A model generated the notes under the pieces. The model had not been told where the DNA came from. It did no database searches and worked only from the letters and a program-made list of their open reading frames with translations. Position numbers and translations under genes: made by a program. Below are positions 25,195 to 37,925 of a DNA stretch of 64,000 nt, one piece after another. Source of the stretch: Podarcis liolepis (taxonomy: Eukaryota); the NCBI GenBank assembly GCA_965112155.1, contig OZ218102.1. One strand, given 5' to 3'. Every line of letters begins with the position of its first letter. Within the stretch, counting starts at the first letter, position 1.

Positions 25195-25560
25195 GGGACG
25201 TGGGTGGAGCTGTGGGTAAAACCTCAGCGACTAGGACTTGCCGATTGCATGGTCGGCGGTTCGAATCCCCGCGGCGGAGTGCGCTCCCGTTGCTCGGTCC
25301 CAGCGCCTGCCAACCTAGCAGTTCGAAAGCACCCCCGGGTGCAAGTAGATAAATAGGGACCGCTTACTAGCGGGAAGGTAAACGGCGTTTCCGTGTGCTG
25401 CGCTGGCTCGCCAGATGCAGCTTGTCACGCTGGCCACGTGACCCAGAAGTGTCTGCGGACAGCGCTGGCTCCCGGCCTCTAGAGTGAGATGAGTGCACAA
25501 CCCTAGAGTCTGGCAAGACTGGCCCGTACGGGCAGGGGTACCTTTACCTACCTTTACCTT
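25195..25560 (+). mobile_element. Sauria-type SINE (subfamily A)
   Basis: A and B boxes, tail, 13-bp TSD TACACTCATGTGA. Confidence 0.9.
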
Positions 25561-25836
25561 TACACTCATGTGAGATGCTATCATTGGGAGAAGCTGGAGC
25601 GAGGGTATCTGCTTGTATTTGAAGATTGTAATTGACTGGGGAAAAGGTGCCTCAAGCCCAATATTTGGAGAGAAACAACTCTTTCATGGAGACATTTCTC
25701 CACAAAGAATGCTACATTTAAAGCACAAACACCAAATCATGCTAGGAACCACAGCTTATCCTTCACAGAGCTACAATTTCCAGCATTCTTAATGAACTAC
25801 AGAAGGATTATTTGGGGGAAAATGATGTCCTTTAAA

Positions 25837-26749
25837 TGTATGGAGGATGTACACAGCCATAGACTTTCCATTTGCATATTGAGGCCCCATGACCACCCTG
25901 TTCCTTAAGGTGCAAATAACTAGACACCACACAGGATATTGATTTAGAATCAAATAAGGCCACAATTTTATTGGTTACAGATGTGAGGTTTGGACATAGG
26001 CAGTGTGGTAAGCAACTGCACATGTCACTCCTGCCCATCTGCTGGGAGTGTTTCCAAGGATGAAGATGGCAGCAGCGGGGGGGGGGGGGGGACGGACGGA
26101 CAACGACACACCCTACATCAAATCGGGGCATCCCTCAAGTGGTCCCCGTTGGAGGAGGAGTATGGCCCTAGCCCGCGTCTGGGTATCAGACAGGAGACAC
26201 TCCTCCTGGATTCTTTTAACAGGATACCCTTACCCATGGAGGGGCAGGTGGAGGCTACCACCTCACCTCCAACCAAGACTAGGTTTACCCAATGCCTATC
26301 CGCCTTACAAAGTTGTGACGATTGCTACGAGGCAGGCGAAATCCCAAGTGGTGGTGCCAATTAATCAAGTGGAAAAAATTCCTGCCTGGCCCCTGAAAAT
26401 TTAGGTGGCTGGCATTGTCCATAGCAAGGTCAAACCATCCATGAAAAACCCTAATCCGAGGGAGGGTGGGTGGGTGGGAGAACGGGCGCAGTGAGAGAAA
26501 GGCAGCAAGGCCTTGCCGGCCAGACATTTAAACTTCCCCTGGGCGTGGCACCAAGGGCCGCAATTGGTTGGTTGGTCCCACACTCACGGGAACACCCACT
26601 AACTCTAGCTGCCATTGGCCCATTTGGCGGCAGGAATACGATCCGGCCTGCGATAGGCCAGTTTACCAGGGAGGCCCAGGTCCTGCCTGCAAAGCCACCT
26701 GCCCAAAAAGGGGGAGAACAGACTTCTCTGGATGATACCCAATGTTACA
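25837..26749 (-). mobile_element. Probable solo LTR (Gypsy/ERV-like, about 913 bp)
   Basis: TGTA...TACA termini, 4-bp flanks TAAA/TGAA, minus-strand AATAAA at about 25967-25972 followed by a U5-like tract, CCAAT boxes in the U3-like part. Confidence 0.55.
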
Positions 26750-27082
26750 TGAATGGGATTCCACTTACACTATAGTACTTCTCCTTCCTCTTCTCTCCCC
26801 TCCAACCTTCAAACCCCCATTTACTCTGGAAGGTCCCACACAATTTAAGGGTGCAGGTGGAAGGGGAAATTCTGCTGTGCAAGTAGATGGACACATCTAG
26901 ATGTCACCCCCTGAAAATGGAAGCATTCTAATAGGTGTGTGCATAAGCATGCCAATGAGTTCTAAGGGGGAATTCTTAGCACCTTGTTAAAATTAAAATT
27001 CTCCCAAACCCGTTTCCCCCCAACACTCTCATGCAATCTGGTAATTGTCAGATTTGGGGGTTTGGCAATGAGTTTTCCACTG

Positions 27083-27406
27083 CAGAGCCTAGGGCTTGCC
27101 AATTGGAAGGTTGGCGGCTCGAATTCCTGCGATGGGGTGAGCTCCCGTTGTTTGGTCCCAGCTCCTGCCAACCTAGCAGTTCGAAAGCACGTCAAAGTGC
27201 AAATAGATAAATAGGTACCACTCCGGCAAGAAGGTAAACGGCATTTCTGTGCGCTGCTCTGGTTCATCAGAAGCGGCTTAGTCATGCTGGCCACATGACC
27301 TGGAAGCTGTACGCCGGCTCCCTTGGCCAGTAAAGCGAGATGAGCGCCGCAACCCCAGAGTCGTCTGCGACTGGACCTAATGGTCAGGGGCCCCTTTACC
27401 TTTACC
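27083..27406 (+). mobile_element. Sauria-type SINE, 5'-truncated (subfamily B)
   Basis: Body homologous to the other copies; ends CCCTTTACCTTTACC. Confidence 0.85.
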
Positions 27407-27630
27407 ATTTTCTACCCACTCAGTCCTGAACCTAAGGAGTGGAGTACTCCACCACACTAATAAAGTTTTTTAAGCTATAGAGTAGAAAGAGGAATTGAAC
27501 ATTTATCTTGACCTCTCGCTCCACTATCAGAAAAGATCATTGTTATTATTTTATATGTTTGGGTTTTGTATACCCTGCCTTTAGTTGGCGATATTATTGA
27601 TTTTTTTGTTATTGTTTACATGTTTCCGTG

Positions 27631-28096
27631 CAGTGGCGTAGCGTGGGGGGTGCCAGGGGTGCCGACCGCACCGGGCGCAACATCTGGGGGGGGCGCGAGT
27701 CCAGAGGGAAGGGACAAGTTCCTTCCTCCGCCGGGCTCCCCGCCGCCACCGCCAGCCTTGCGCCCTAGCGCGCGCGCCCCCCGCCGTCGCTGCGCTCCGC
27801 TCACTGCTCGCAGGAGGAGCAGCCGCTGCAGCAGCGCCGACGCCGCCACCGACGCCTGGCCGGGCACGGGCAGCCTCTGCACCCTGCCGACGCCGCCATC
27901 CCCTCGGCCCAGCCACAGGCGGCGGCTGCTTCTGCCTCCATCCTCCTCCAGGCAAGCAGCGTTGTTTGCGCGGCAGCGCCAGCGGCAACTCGCAGGTTAG
28001 GGGTTGGGGGGGCGCAAATTACTTGCCTTGCCCCGGGTTAGGGGGCGCAAATTACTTGCGTTGCCCCGAGTGCTGACAACTCACGCTATGCCGCTG
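27631..28096. mobile_element. Non-autonomous hAT (Tip100-like ends) element (466 bp) with CpG-rich cargo
   Basis: TIR CAG(T/C)GGC(G/A)TAGCGTG; perfect 8-bp TSD TTTCCGTG. Confidence 0.9.
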
Positions 28097-30204
28097 TTTC
28101 CGTGGTTCCATAATAATTTGAAAATTAATAAAAATAAATGGGAGGCAGGTTTCATTTGGAACTAAAGATCATGCTAACAACTCTCTATCCCATCATGGTA
28201 GGGAAGGACCAGCCTGCACTAGCTGTAGAGTTCCAAGTGCTTCTCCAGGCAACCTATTTATTAATCAGTCATCCTGCTTTGTTTGCACAAAATCTGTGTG
28301 GAGATTATATGACATTCTTGTTTGTTGAGTTTTCATTCCAATTTGTTTGCACAGACGTTGTATGCTATTGCCCATCATTGCCCTTATTCCACATTTTCCA
28401 GTGCACATTCCCATCACTTTTCTTACCACATACATTCTGTGAATTTTGGGATGTGTGGGGTTTTTGTGCGTGTGCAAAAGCACCAAATACACTTTAATTG
28501 TGCAACCTAAATTTGTTGGTATACAGCTGTATCAGACTCACAAAATAGCAACAGTCTGGATTCTGGAAGCTGGGAGTAAGAACCCAGCAGGGCTTACTTC
28601 TGAGTAAACATTGCATAGGATTACACTGTCAGTCCATTTCTAAAAACCTTACCGCAAAAGGGCAAAAGCCATTCTTAGCCTCAATTCTGTTAAATTACAA
28701 TTCTGCAAAAACAAATATATTTTTAATTTTAAAAATAGACCCAGCAAACTGCTTTTAAATTTTGTACGATAACTAGGGGAGGAATGATTGAGAGGACAGA
28801 AAAATCCCAAACATACCAAGGATATTTCTACCAAACTCCACCCAGTGGTATGGATGACAACAAGCAGCAAAGCAATGAAATGGTGAGTGAGAAAACAGAA
28901 GTGTGTGGATCCTCATGTGCCAATCACACACATTGACAAATTGGATCTAAACAACCCTATTGCAAGGCCCTCCCAAGAGTAAAAGCAGCCTAAAATCGCA
29001 AAGCCATTGAAAGTGTCTGAACCTTCTCTCTCTGAATAATTATCCCACCCCATAGTTTAAAGATGTTTCCTCCTAGAATTACTTCAACTCATGGCATCTC
29101 ACCAGCGGAAAGATGATATTGAAAGGCTGTTTCAGAGGGTCAGGAAAAATGAAGCGAGTGGATTCAGCTCCTGCCTCTAACCTACCCCTGTTGTGTTTTA
29201 AGCCTTAACGCCACTTGACAGGAATTCAATGGCAAACCCAATTTTGCTGAAGGGGCAATGGCAACCATCTCACACAATTTGTCTCTTAAGAACCTTGCAC
29301 TCCTGGAGTGTACTCCTAGCAACTCTCAGCCTCCATGGCTATGAAATCTGGAGCTTGGAGCCAGATCAGAGTACTCTGGCCTAACCACAGCTTGGTCCAT
29401 GCCAGGATTTATGGTAATTCGGGAACTCCAGTTTGTACGGAACTGAGCAAGGAAAAAACTCTGCAGCAAAGCTCTTCATTTACCAAGCAGTCTCCAACTA
29501 CGTTGTGTGTCCTGGGCATCTAAAATCAACAAAGTCCACTCTCGGTCTTCACAGCCAGCTCCCCACACAGAGGGAGAAACTCTAAAAATAGGATGAAAGA
29601 CTTCCCAACTGTTCTTGTTCCCAGAGGCAGCTTTTCAAAAACTCATAAATCCCTTGGAACATAACATTGCCAACACAACTTGACTGACTAGTTCTCAGTT
29701 TCTTTGCAACTATAGCCTGGGCTGGTATCAGTGAAAAAGATGATCTGGGAAGAGAGGACGAAAGTGCACACTATATTTAGAAGTATAATGTGCAGCTTAA
29801 ACTTTCAAAGCAACCCATACTCTGTACGTCTGGGTTTTGCACATATTACACCGCCAGGTGTTTTTGGCTACAACTCCAATCAATTCCAGTCAGCATGGCC
29901 ATTCCAAGCAATGCAAAAAACGTCTTCCTAGATATAAACCATGAAACAAACAGTAAGGACCCACTTAAACTCACTAAGTGCAGCACTATAAAGTACTTTT
30001 CAAAGTGTGCTGCAATAAACCTTGTGGCTGACTTTGTATGTGACTTCGTAATCACATACTGTGTAATCACACACAAGAAACTGAACTGATCCAAAATGCC
30101 TTCTACTATCCCCTCTACTATTTGCTGCGTGCTGTTTGAAAAGTTCAGCTGCTGCTGTTTGTAATTCAGAAGAGTGAACCAGCCTCTTCTCATTGTCCCA
30201 TCTA

Positions 30205-30246
<42 letters not shown>

Positions 30247-31606
30247 TTATACCCCGCTCATCTGGCAGGGTTCACCCAGCCACTCTGGGTGGCTCTCAAC
30301 AGAATATTAAAAACACCAAACATTAAAAACTTCCCTAAACATCACAAGCAGTGGAAAATAAGTCATCCTAATAGATACAAATATACTATGTGAGAGAATA
30401 ATTGGATTTCCCCAGGGGAGGGGGGATGCAAATTGCAGAGCTGGCATACCCTCCAACATTTCTCCAATGAAAATAGGGACGTCCCATTCCAAAATGACAA
30501 TTTTACTATTTATAACCCACACATCTTACTGGGTTGCCCCAGCCACTCTGGGCAGCTTCCAACATATATAAAAACACAATAAAACAGTAAACAGTAAAAA
30601 AACTTCCCTATACAGGATTGGCTCAGGGGTTAGATAACTCCGTACCCTCCAACATTTCTCCAATGAAAATAGGGACGTCCTAAGGAAAAGTGGGACATTC
30701 TGGGATCAAATCAGAAACTGGGATGGCTTCTTTAAATCAGGGACGTCCCTGGAAAATAGGGACACATGGAAGGTCTGGGATGGGGGTGATACCACTATCT
30801 TCACAACAGATGCTCAACCAGTGTATGGACTGGGCATTACAAATAAGAAAGAAATACTATTTATTGCCAGAAATCCTGATATATAAAAACATCCTAATTC
30901 TTCCTACAGGAAGACCGGAGAGGAGCAACATAATTAAACAGGGAAGGATGAATACATGTGTCCGTAATGCACCAATGAGGAGAAAAGGTATTAAGCAACA
31001 GCTGTTCCACTGGAATGGAAAGGATATGTCAAGTATCATAACCCGACTCCTCCAAAAGGCTAATTCAGCAGAACCAGCAGCTGCCACAATGAGTGGAGTT
31101 TAAAAATCCATTCACTCACGGCAAGTTCGTATGTCCCATTTCCAACTGGAGTTTCTGTTAGTTTCACAAAACAGCTCACAGTCTTGTAGTTACGATCACA
31201 TTAAGTGTCCAATTTTAAGCAGAAAAGCAATCTAGTATTATTTAACGATCCAATTTAATCCAATCATCCTAGAAATTTCTGATAAAAGAGATCCATAAAA
31301 ATCTTATGTATATCATGATTAGACGTGCAGTACGTAAGATGTGAGTTATAGATACTACCTCACCGGACTGATTCACAGAGACAATTATGTTGACAATAAA
31401 GGATTTTCTGGAACCTCCCTTTCAGAACTGCTGATGGAAGAAAACGTAAATACACCAGATGAAAGGCTTTTGAGAATACATCATTGGGTTCTCTGTGACA
31501 GGATAACAAAATCATAGAACTGTAGAGTTGGAAGGGACCCTAGTTCAACAACCTACAATGCAGGAATCCTGCCCACAGCTGTCCTTAGGTGGGCTCAAAC
31601 CACCAC

Positions 31607-32160
31607 TTGGTTAGTTGGCATCCGTCTGTCTCAGGAGACAATGGAAGAGTGCGCCTTCAGAGGTCAAGTCAAACCATTGGAGAGTTATAGTGCCTGCTGT
31701 GGCTGTAAAGACTTGTTATGGCAGAAACATTTTCCTCGGCTGGGGAAGATGAAGGCATCTGGTTCTGCTGCTGTAGATGCACCATAGTTTCTTCTTTCTG
31801 TGCTCCTCCCAGTGGTCATTCCTTCTCTGATCACTGCTGTGGATACACAACCTGACTGTTTCCAGGCACTGCGGTCGTCTGCAAGGTATTCCTCCATGAC
31901 GGGGTTAATGTTGCCAATCTTCATGTCCTGTTTGCAGGCATCTTTGTAACGCAGAGTTGGTGCCTGAAGCCAGCTCCCCATAGCCTTGGGGAGCCTGCCA
32001 TCCCAATGTTCCCCAATTCTGGCATCAAAATATCCCAGCAGGAATAGGCAGGAACAGGCTGGGACCCTCCTAATAGCTTGGTCTAATCTTCTGGTTAACA
32101 GCCATATGTTTTTGAACAGAGAGCATGTAAAGGCAGCTTGCTGGTTTATAGGGCTGAAGT
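31607..32160 (-). mobile_element. RTE-clade LINE 3' fragment
   Basis: Minus-strand PTLRYKDACKQDMKIGNINP...YLADDRSAWKQ resembles the RTE ORF C-terminus. Confidence 0.7.
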
Positions 32161-32189
32161 GCTCTGTTGATTAGCATGTTATCTGAGGT

Positions 32190-32825
32190 TAAGCCCAGAG
32201 CCATTTAACATCCATATGAAGCTGCTGGGAGTGGTTATCTGGAGATTTGGACCGAGGTGTCAACAGCATGCTGATGATATCCAATTCTTTCTCCGTAGTG
32301 TCTGAATTGGGAATGGCTGAGAAGGGTCTAGACCAGTGTCTGGATGCAGTGGTGAACTGAATGAGGACTAATAAATTGAGTCTGACTCCTGGCAAGGCAG
32401 AGGCTCTGTGGGTGAGTGGTTCCCAAAACCAGGAAGTCAGCAAGTTGCCTGCTTTTGGTCACACTCTTTTTGAAAAGGCAGGTGCGTAGTTTGGGAGTGC
32501 TTGTGGATCCTGCTCTGTCATTAGAGGCACAGGTGTCTTCAGTGGCTAGGAGTGCCTATTACCAGCTTGGGCTGGTAAAACAGATGTGGCCGTTCCTGGG
32601 CTGGGATAGCTTGACCAATGCAGTTGTCCATGCATTGGTATTCTCAAAGTTGGAGTAGTGCAAAGCAGTCTATATGGGGCTACCTTTCAGGTTGGTCAAT
32701 AAGTTGCAGGACTATTGCTAATGGGGACAAACTACTGCCAGCATATAGCACCTTGTTTGTAGAATTTACACTGCCTGCCAATCTGTTACTGAACAAAGTT
32801 CACAGGATGGTGTTCAACAACTGTG
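32190..32825 (+). mobile_element. Degraded L2 LINE fragment
   Basis: QVRSLGVLVDPALSLEAQVSSVARSAYYQLGLVKQMWPFL...VVHALVFSKLE. Confidence 0.7.
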
Positions 32826-35800
32826 TCCCACCAACACTAGAATTTCTACTCGTTCACATATAAAAGATGATTTATACATACATACATCACAATGGGGCTT
32901 ACATAGCAATTCATAGTGGATTGTGCCCTTATAAATTTGTTTGTGGCACAAATCTGTATAAATGCCCTGTTTGGTACTTAACTGGCATAATAGAACCAAC
33001 AAATTAGAAAAAGGGAAAGTCTCTTGGTATGAATGGGGTAAACTGAAGTTGCTTCTTATAAACAAATTCAAATATGTGTGGGTGTTGACTGCTTTGGTCC
33101 ACTTTGAAGGCAGGCGGGCAGAGTGGATTAACAGCTAAATAATGCTCAAATTTGGGTAGACCACAGTGACTCCATATGCTCTTTGATGAGATGGATTATT
33201 TGGACCGAATGCAATCAGGCATGGGTTCAGTATTAGTATATAAACTGCTCAATTTCTTCACTGCTTGAAGCATTTTGCTGCCTTGGGCAAAACAACATAT
33301 GCTACCTTGCCTCCCAAATATGCACACCAATACAGCAAATACCTCTGAGTCTCCCTGTGAGTAAAAGACAATAAATTAAATAACTAATGTTTGCTGCCTT
33401 TCAGTGACATTCCATATCCACTGCCTGAGGCCTAACACAAGAGATCAGCCCTAGTCTTCAGTTACACAGGGTTCAACATCACCCCCAACATAAAATACAA
33501 AACATTAGATATTGACAAAAGGACTTGATGTTAGTAGCAGCCCAGCTTGTGTGCAGACTTTTCCATTTCCCCCAATTCCACAGAGTTGCACTCTTTGAGA
33601 AGACATGGGCACCTCTCCCCACATGGCTATGCTTCTAGGGAGGAAGTAACCCCACATCTATTTTCTCAACCACATAAAACTGTGATGCTGCAGCTGGCTA
33701 GATCATTAAGAAAAAAGAATTGACGCTGCTACTTCACAAGCTTTCTTTTCTGCTCCAGGGAATCCTGAAGTTACAATTCCCAGGGTTCCCTGGGAAGAGG
33801 GATTGACTGTTAAACCATTCTGGGAACTGTAACTCTGTGAGGGGAATAGGGGCCTGTGAACAACTCTCAGGACACTTAACAAGCTGTAGTTCCCACAATT
33901 ATTTGGGGGAAGCCATGACTGTTAAAGTGGTACAACTATACAGTGCAGATGAGTTTCTACATGCTCACACACTCCTCTCTCTTGTCCAAGGCAAGCAAGA
34001 GTGTTCAAGAATACATTATGTCCTGGCAAAAAGACTCAAGGGGTTTTTGTGTGCAGCATGTGGTCTAGGGAGAATCCCAAGGGCACTACAGAAAGACCTG
34101 TTTAAGTTTGCGGTGCACATATGCTCTTCAGCCTGCATGTAGTATCCCATCACTAGTCACCAAAGCTTCAAAGACTGACAAAGGTCTCATTCCCTTTAAC
34201 AGCTTACTTCTACCAAAGCATTTAGGTCTGGAACCTAATCTCATTTTCCAGTGACACAGGTATTTCTGGAAGCTGCATAGAGGCTACATTTGCAATAGCA
34301 TGATTGCAGGAGCTAAACGATTCATCCAAGAATGTTGAATTTCTGATTACTGATTTGGGGGCGACAACCCTTTCCTGAAGATCTGGCAGATGAAGGGCTG
34401 TAGCATATGGCAGAAGCCCTACTACCCCGGTGGAACTCCGGATAAAGCAGCGGATCATCTTGGATGCAGTGGCAGCTAGTGTTGGCTGAACCCTTCTCCA
34501 GCTGAGCTGCTGCACTAGCAAAAGATGTGTTGGCTGAAATAGGGTAGAGATGTTGGCAGCATGAGGGAGTAGCACCCTTCTGTGTTCTTTTTCCCATTAA
34601 TTCACACAGCCATCAACAGCACAACCTTACACCAGTTCACTTTCCCTCCCTGGACTTCACTACTGACTTTCCCTCCCATTGCTCCTGGCATCTGAATGCT
34701 ATCTGCTGCTGTGGCTGAGTGGTTAGGCATCTGCTCTGTAGCGCTTGAGTCCTGGGGATTCCTACTTTTTTGCCCTCAACTTTTTCCCCGTGCATGAGAA
34801 AGATGAAAATGTTCCTCCCTTCTCCCTAATGGAGCTTAAACTTCCACCCGCTGCTTCTCAACACTACACCCACTGGTAGTGTGAACCACTGGAAGTTGCT
34901 GCCAGTATGCAGCTGTGGCTGCCCTTGTTGCGTGTCCTGTCACCCCCTTCCCTTGGGTGCTTGGGGAAAGGTTCTTTCCCATCCCCAAGCAGCTCTTGAA
35001 CCCATATTCCAGAGACGATATGTGCCCATTAAGCTATGTGAGTGCTGTGTTGCAAGTCTTCCTTTCAGTTGTGTACTGTCCTCAAAAACAGTGGCTGCAA
35101 AGAGCATAAAGGGGTTTGGACCCCTGTATGGAAACTGACAGGGGTGGGAGTTACCACTGGCTGTGTCAGTGCGGTCATTGGAGGGAGAATGGTGTCATCT
35201 TACATGTTTTTTGTAGTGATGAACGGGTGCGTGCTGTGGAAATGCCCTCATCGTGACTTCACTGGCTTCCTTCATGAGTCAGTGGCACATGGGTGCTGTC
35301 ACAGCCCCCAACTGTGAGCACTGGTGAACTGTCCAGGGATGCTGGGTGCATGTCTGTCATTTTTACACTGCTTTTTGTACTATCTGGCTGTATGCCCCCT
35401 CCCCCCATTGCCCTGCACTGCAAGCTTAGCATCCATTCAATGTGGTGGCCATCTGAACAGCACAGCAGTAACCTAATTCCAGTCCTGTGATAATATGAGG
35501 ATTGGTTTGCTTTGTTAATTTCTTAAAGTTTGTACAGGGCAGGAAGTTTTGAACAATCAACAAAGATAAATTAATGTTCTATTGTTCCTCTCTTGCTTGC
35601 TCCCATATAGGCCCACCTGGGACTGAATATTAACTCTAGAGGTCCTGTTCTAGGGGTACTATCTTGGGACATTGATCAAGTGTGTAAAATAGATGAGGCT
35701 TTTTCTGTGGCAGGGTGCAACTCTAGAATGCTCTCCCTATCGAAATTGCACAGGCTTCTGCTTTGTGTGTCTGTTTTGATAGAAACTGAAGATGCATTTA

Positions 35801-37442
35801 TTTCAACAGCCTTTTAAAATGCAACACCTAGTTTTATTACTGCCAGTTTTAAGGTACAAAACCGTTCAGCCTTGTTACTTTTATTTTAGGGTTGTTTGTA
35901 TTTGCTTTTAGATATTGTAAACTGTATTTTTAATTATTTTATTGAATGGCTTATTTGGTTATGCTGTATATGAGTACATTTGTTTATTCTGATAATTTTC
36001 TATCCCAATTTTCCTCCCAAAGGAGCCCAGAGCAACAAACATCAAAAAATTAAAACAACTCAATTTGGTAGAACAGTGGCATATAAAAAATAAACTATGC
36101 TAATATTGCTGCTGCTGCTGCTGCTGCTACATTGGCTATTACATTTTGCTGCTCAGTGGGAGATAGCAAGTGTCCAGCTAACAATCATGACTAGGCATGA
36201 TTGAAAGTTTTGTAAGTTATGCAACTTACATAAAACAAGATTAACATATTCCATTAGTTTCAACATGAATCACTGCTACCTTTAGCAGTATTGCAGCATA
36301 TGCATACAGATTAGATAGGTAGAAATTGATAGCTTGCACACAAGAAAGACTATAAGCCTTTACTTCAGCAGCCTGCGTTTAGGAACCCTCCCCTCTTTGC
36401 TGGGCATGATCAGATCATTCCATCGAAACTGTTCTTTCATGTATGATAGGTCAATACAGCATTTCTTAAAGGCAGAGAAGCAGCTGACTTTCCAGAAGTT
36501 CATGAAATTTGTTCCAAACCAGAGAAGAATTTATGTGACTATTTTAATGGGACAAAGCCCCACAATCAATTTGCATACATATTCATTAATCTACAAGGGA
36601 CAAATAACAATTGAGAGATACATGCACCTGCCTTGTTTAAACAAACCTCAGATCTGAAAAAGCATCGTATCTAGAGAGTTGTATGTATGTAATCTTTATT
36701 AATTAATTTAATTGTTGAATAAATGTGCATATGGAGTAGAACAATAGTTCCAAAGCAAAATATATACTTTTGTTTTTACATGATGTGTGCACACATTAGG
36801 CATTTTCTCATGTGAGAAAGGGGTGAAACAGTCATTTTAAGACAGTGCTTGTGATTAAAAAATATTTTTCAACAAAGATGGTGCTTGTCATTTGCACTTT
36901 TTACAAGTACTTGCCCAACTAATCAGGAACACCATTTTAATCAACAGAAAATTTGTAAATAGGTTGATCTGATTAACCATTTAAATGTTGCATCCATACT
37001 TGAAACCATATTGAATCTAGGCTTCATTTTATTGAGCGCCTCATTTTCAATCCATGAGTTACATTTTAAAATGTGCCACTGCAACCATTGCATTCAAAGC
37101 TTACCTTAAAAATAAAAAGGATGCTAACAAAAACATTGGCTACACAAACCAGCCCACAATACTATATGAACCTCACATATGTTGCCTAATACTATCCTGA
37201 AGTCCAATTCCATGCATGCTTCCTTGGAAATAAGCCTTGCTACTGTATATTAAAACGGTTAACTGCACAGTCCAAGGATGAAGACAGACATTCCAATTCT
37301 GGTGGAAATAGTTTGAATGCATGCTTTCTGCTCTGAGAATAAACTTATTTAAATGCAGCGAAGCAGTCAAACGAGTTTCACCACATATTAAACCGTTGGC
37401 CTTTCTTCACCTTTAGACAGTTAGAATATATTCCTTTCCTAC

Positions 37443-37550
37443 CTTTGACACTTGAAGGGGTCTTTTCTGTTCAGAGCCCCCCTGCAAACGGAAGCCCCAG
37501 GGTGCCCCTCCAGAGAGAGTGACAACGACCTCTTCTTCTTCAGCTCCCAT
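37443..37550 (-). CDS. SYNPO2L: SYNPO2L coding exon 1 (long isoform), N-terminal half of the PDZ domain
   Basis: ATG at 37550; MGAEEEEVVVTLSGGAPWGFRLQGGSEQKRPLQVSK has the PWGFRLxGG PDZ signature of the SYNPO2/PDLIM family; 108 nt, phase-0 donor AAG|GTAGGA. Confidence 0.95.
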
Positions 37551-37911
37551 GATTTCAGCAGTCTTTTTCCTTTGGTGACAAATGTCCTTTTCAAAAATAA
37601 AAATAAACCTTTTTTTACTCTTAAGGTATGGTGCTTTCCTCTTCCATTGCTGCAAGGAGCATCAACCTTCTCAAGTCCGTCCTAAAGCCCGCTACTTCCT
37701 TTCCCCCCTCCTCCTTAGAGGTTAGTCCTGAAAGACCAATGCTCCATACCCTTCTAGATCTCCAGCTGCTGAGCAGACTATCACCAGCCGTTTTGATTCC
37801 ACTTTTGGTAAGAGGCCAGAGTCATTTTGAACATGCATCTTGTCAATCTCACCCTCTGTGCTCCCCCCACCTCCTGGCCCGCAATAGACTCTGGATGTTT
37901 CACTAAAGCAT

Positions 37912-37925
37912 GGCTGAAAATAGCT
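37912..37925. promoter_or_regulatory. Near-consensus MEF2 site upstream of SYNPO2L exon 1
   Basis: GGCTGAAAATAGC, 1 mismatch to CTAWWWWTAG, about 360 bp upstream of the ATG of a striated-muscle gene. Confidence 0.35.

Noticed and set aside
37551-37655. In-frame N-terminal extension of SYNPO2L exon 1
   Set aside because: It starts at TTG, not ATG; homology to SYNPO2L starts at MGAEEE.
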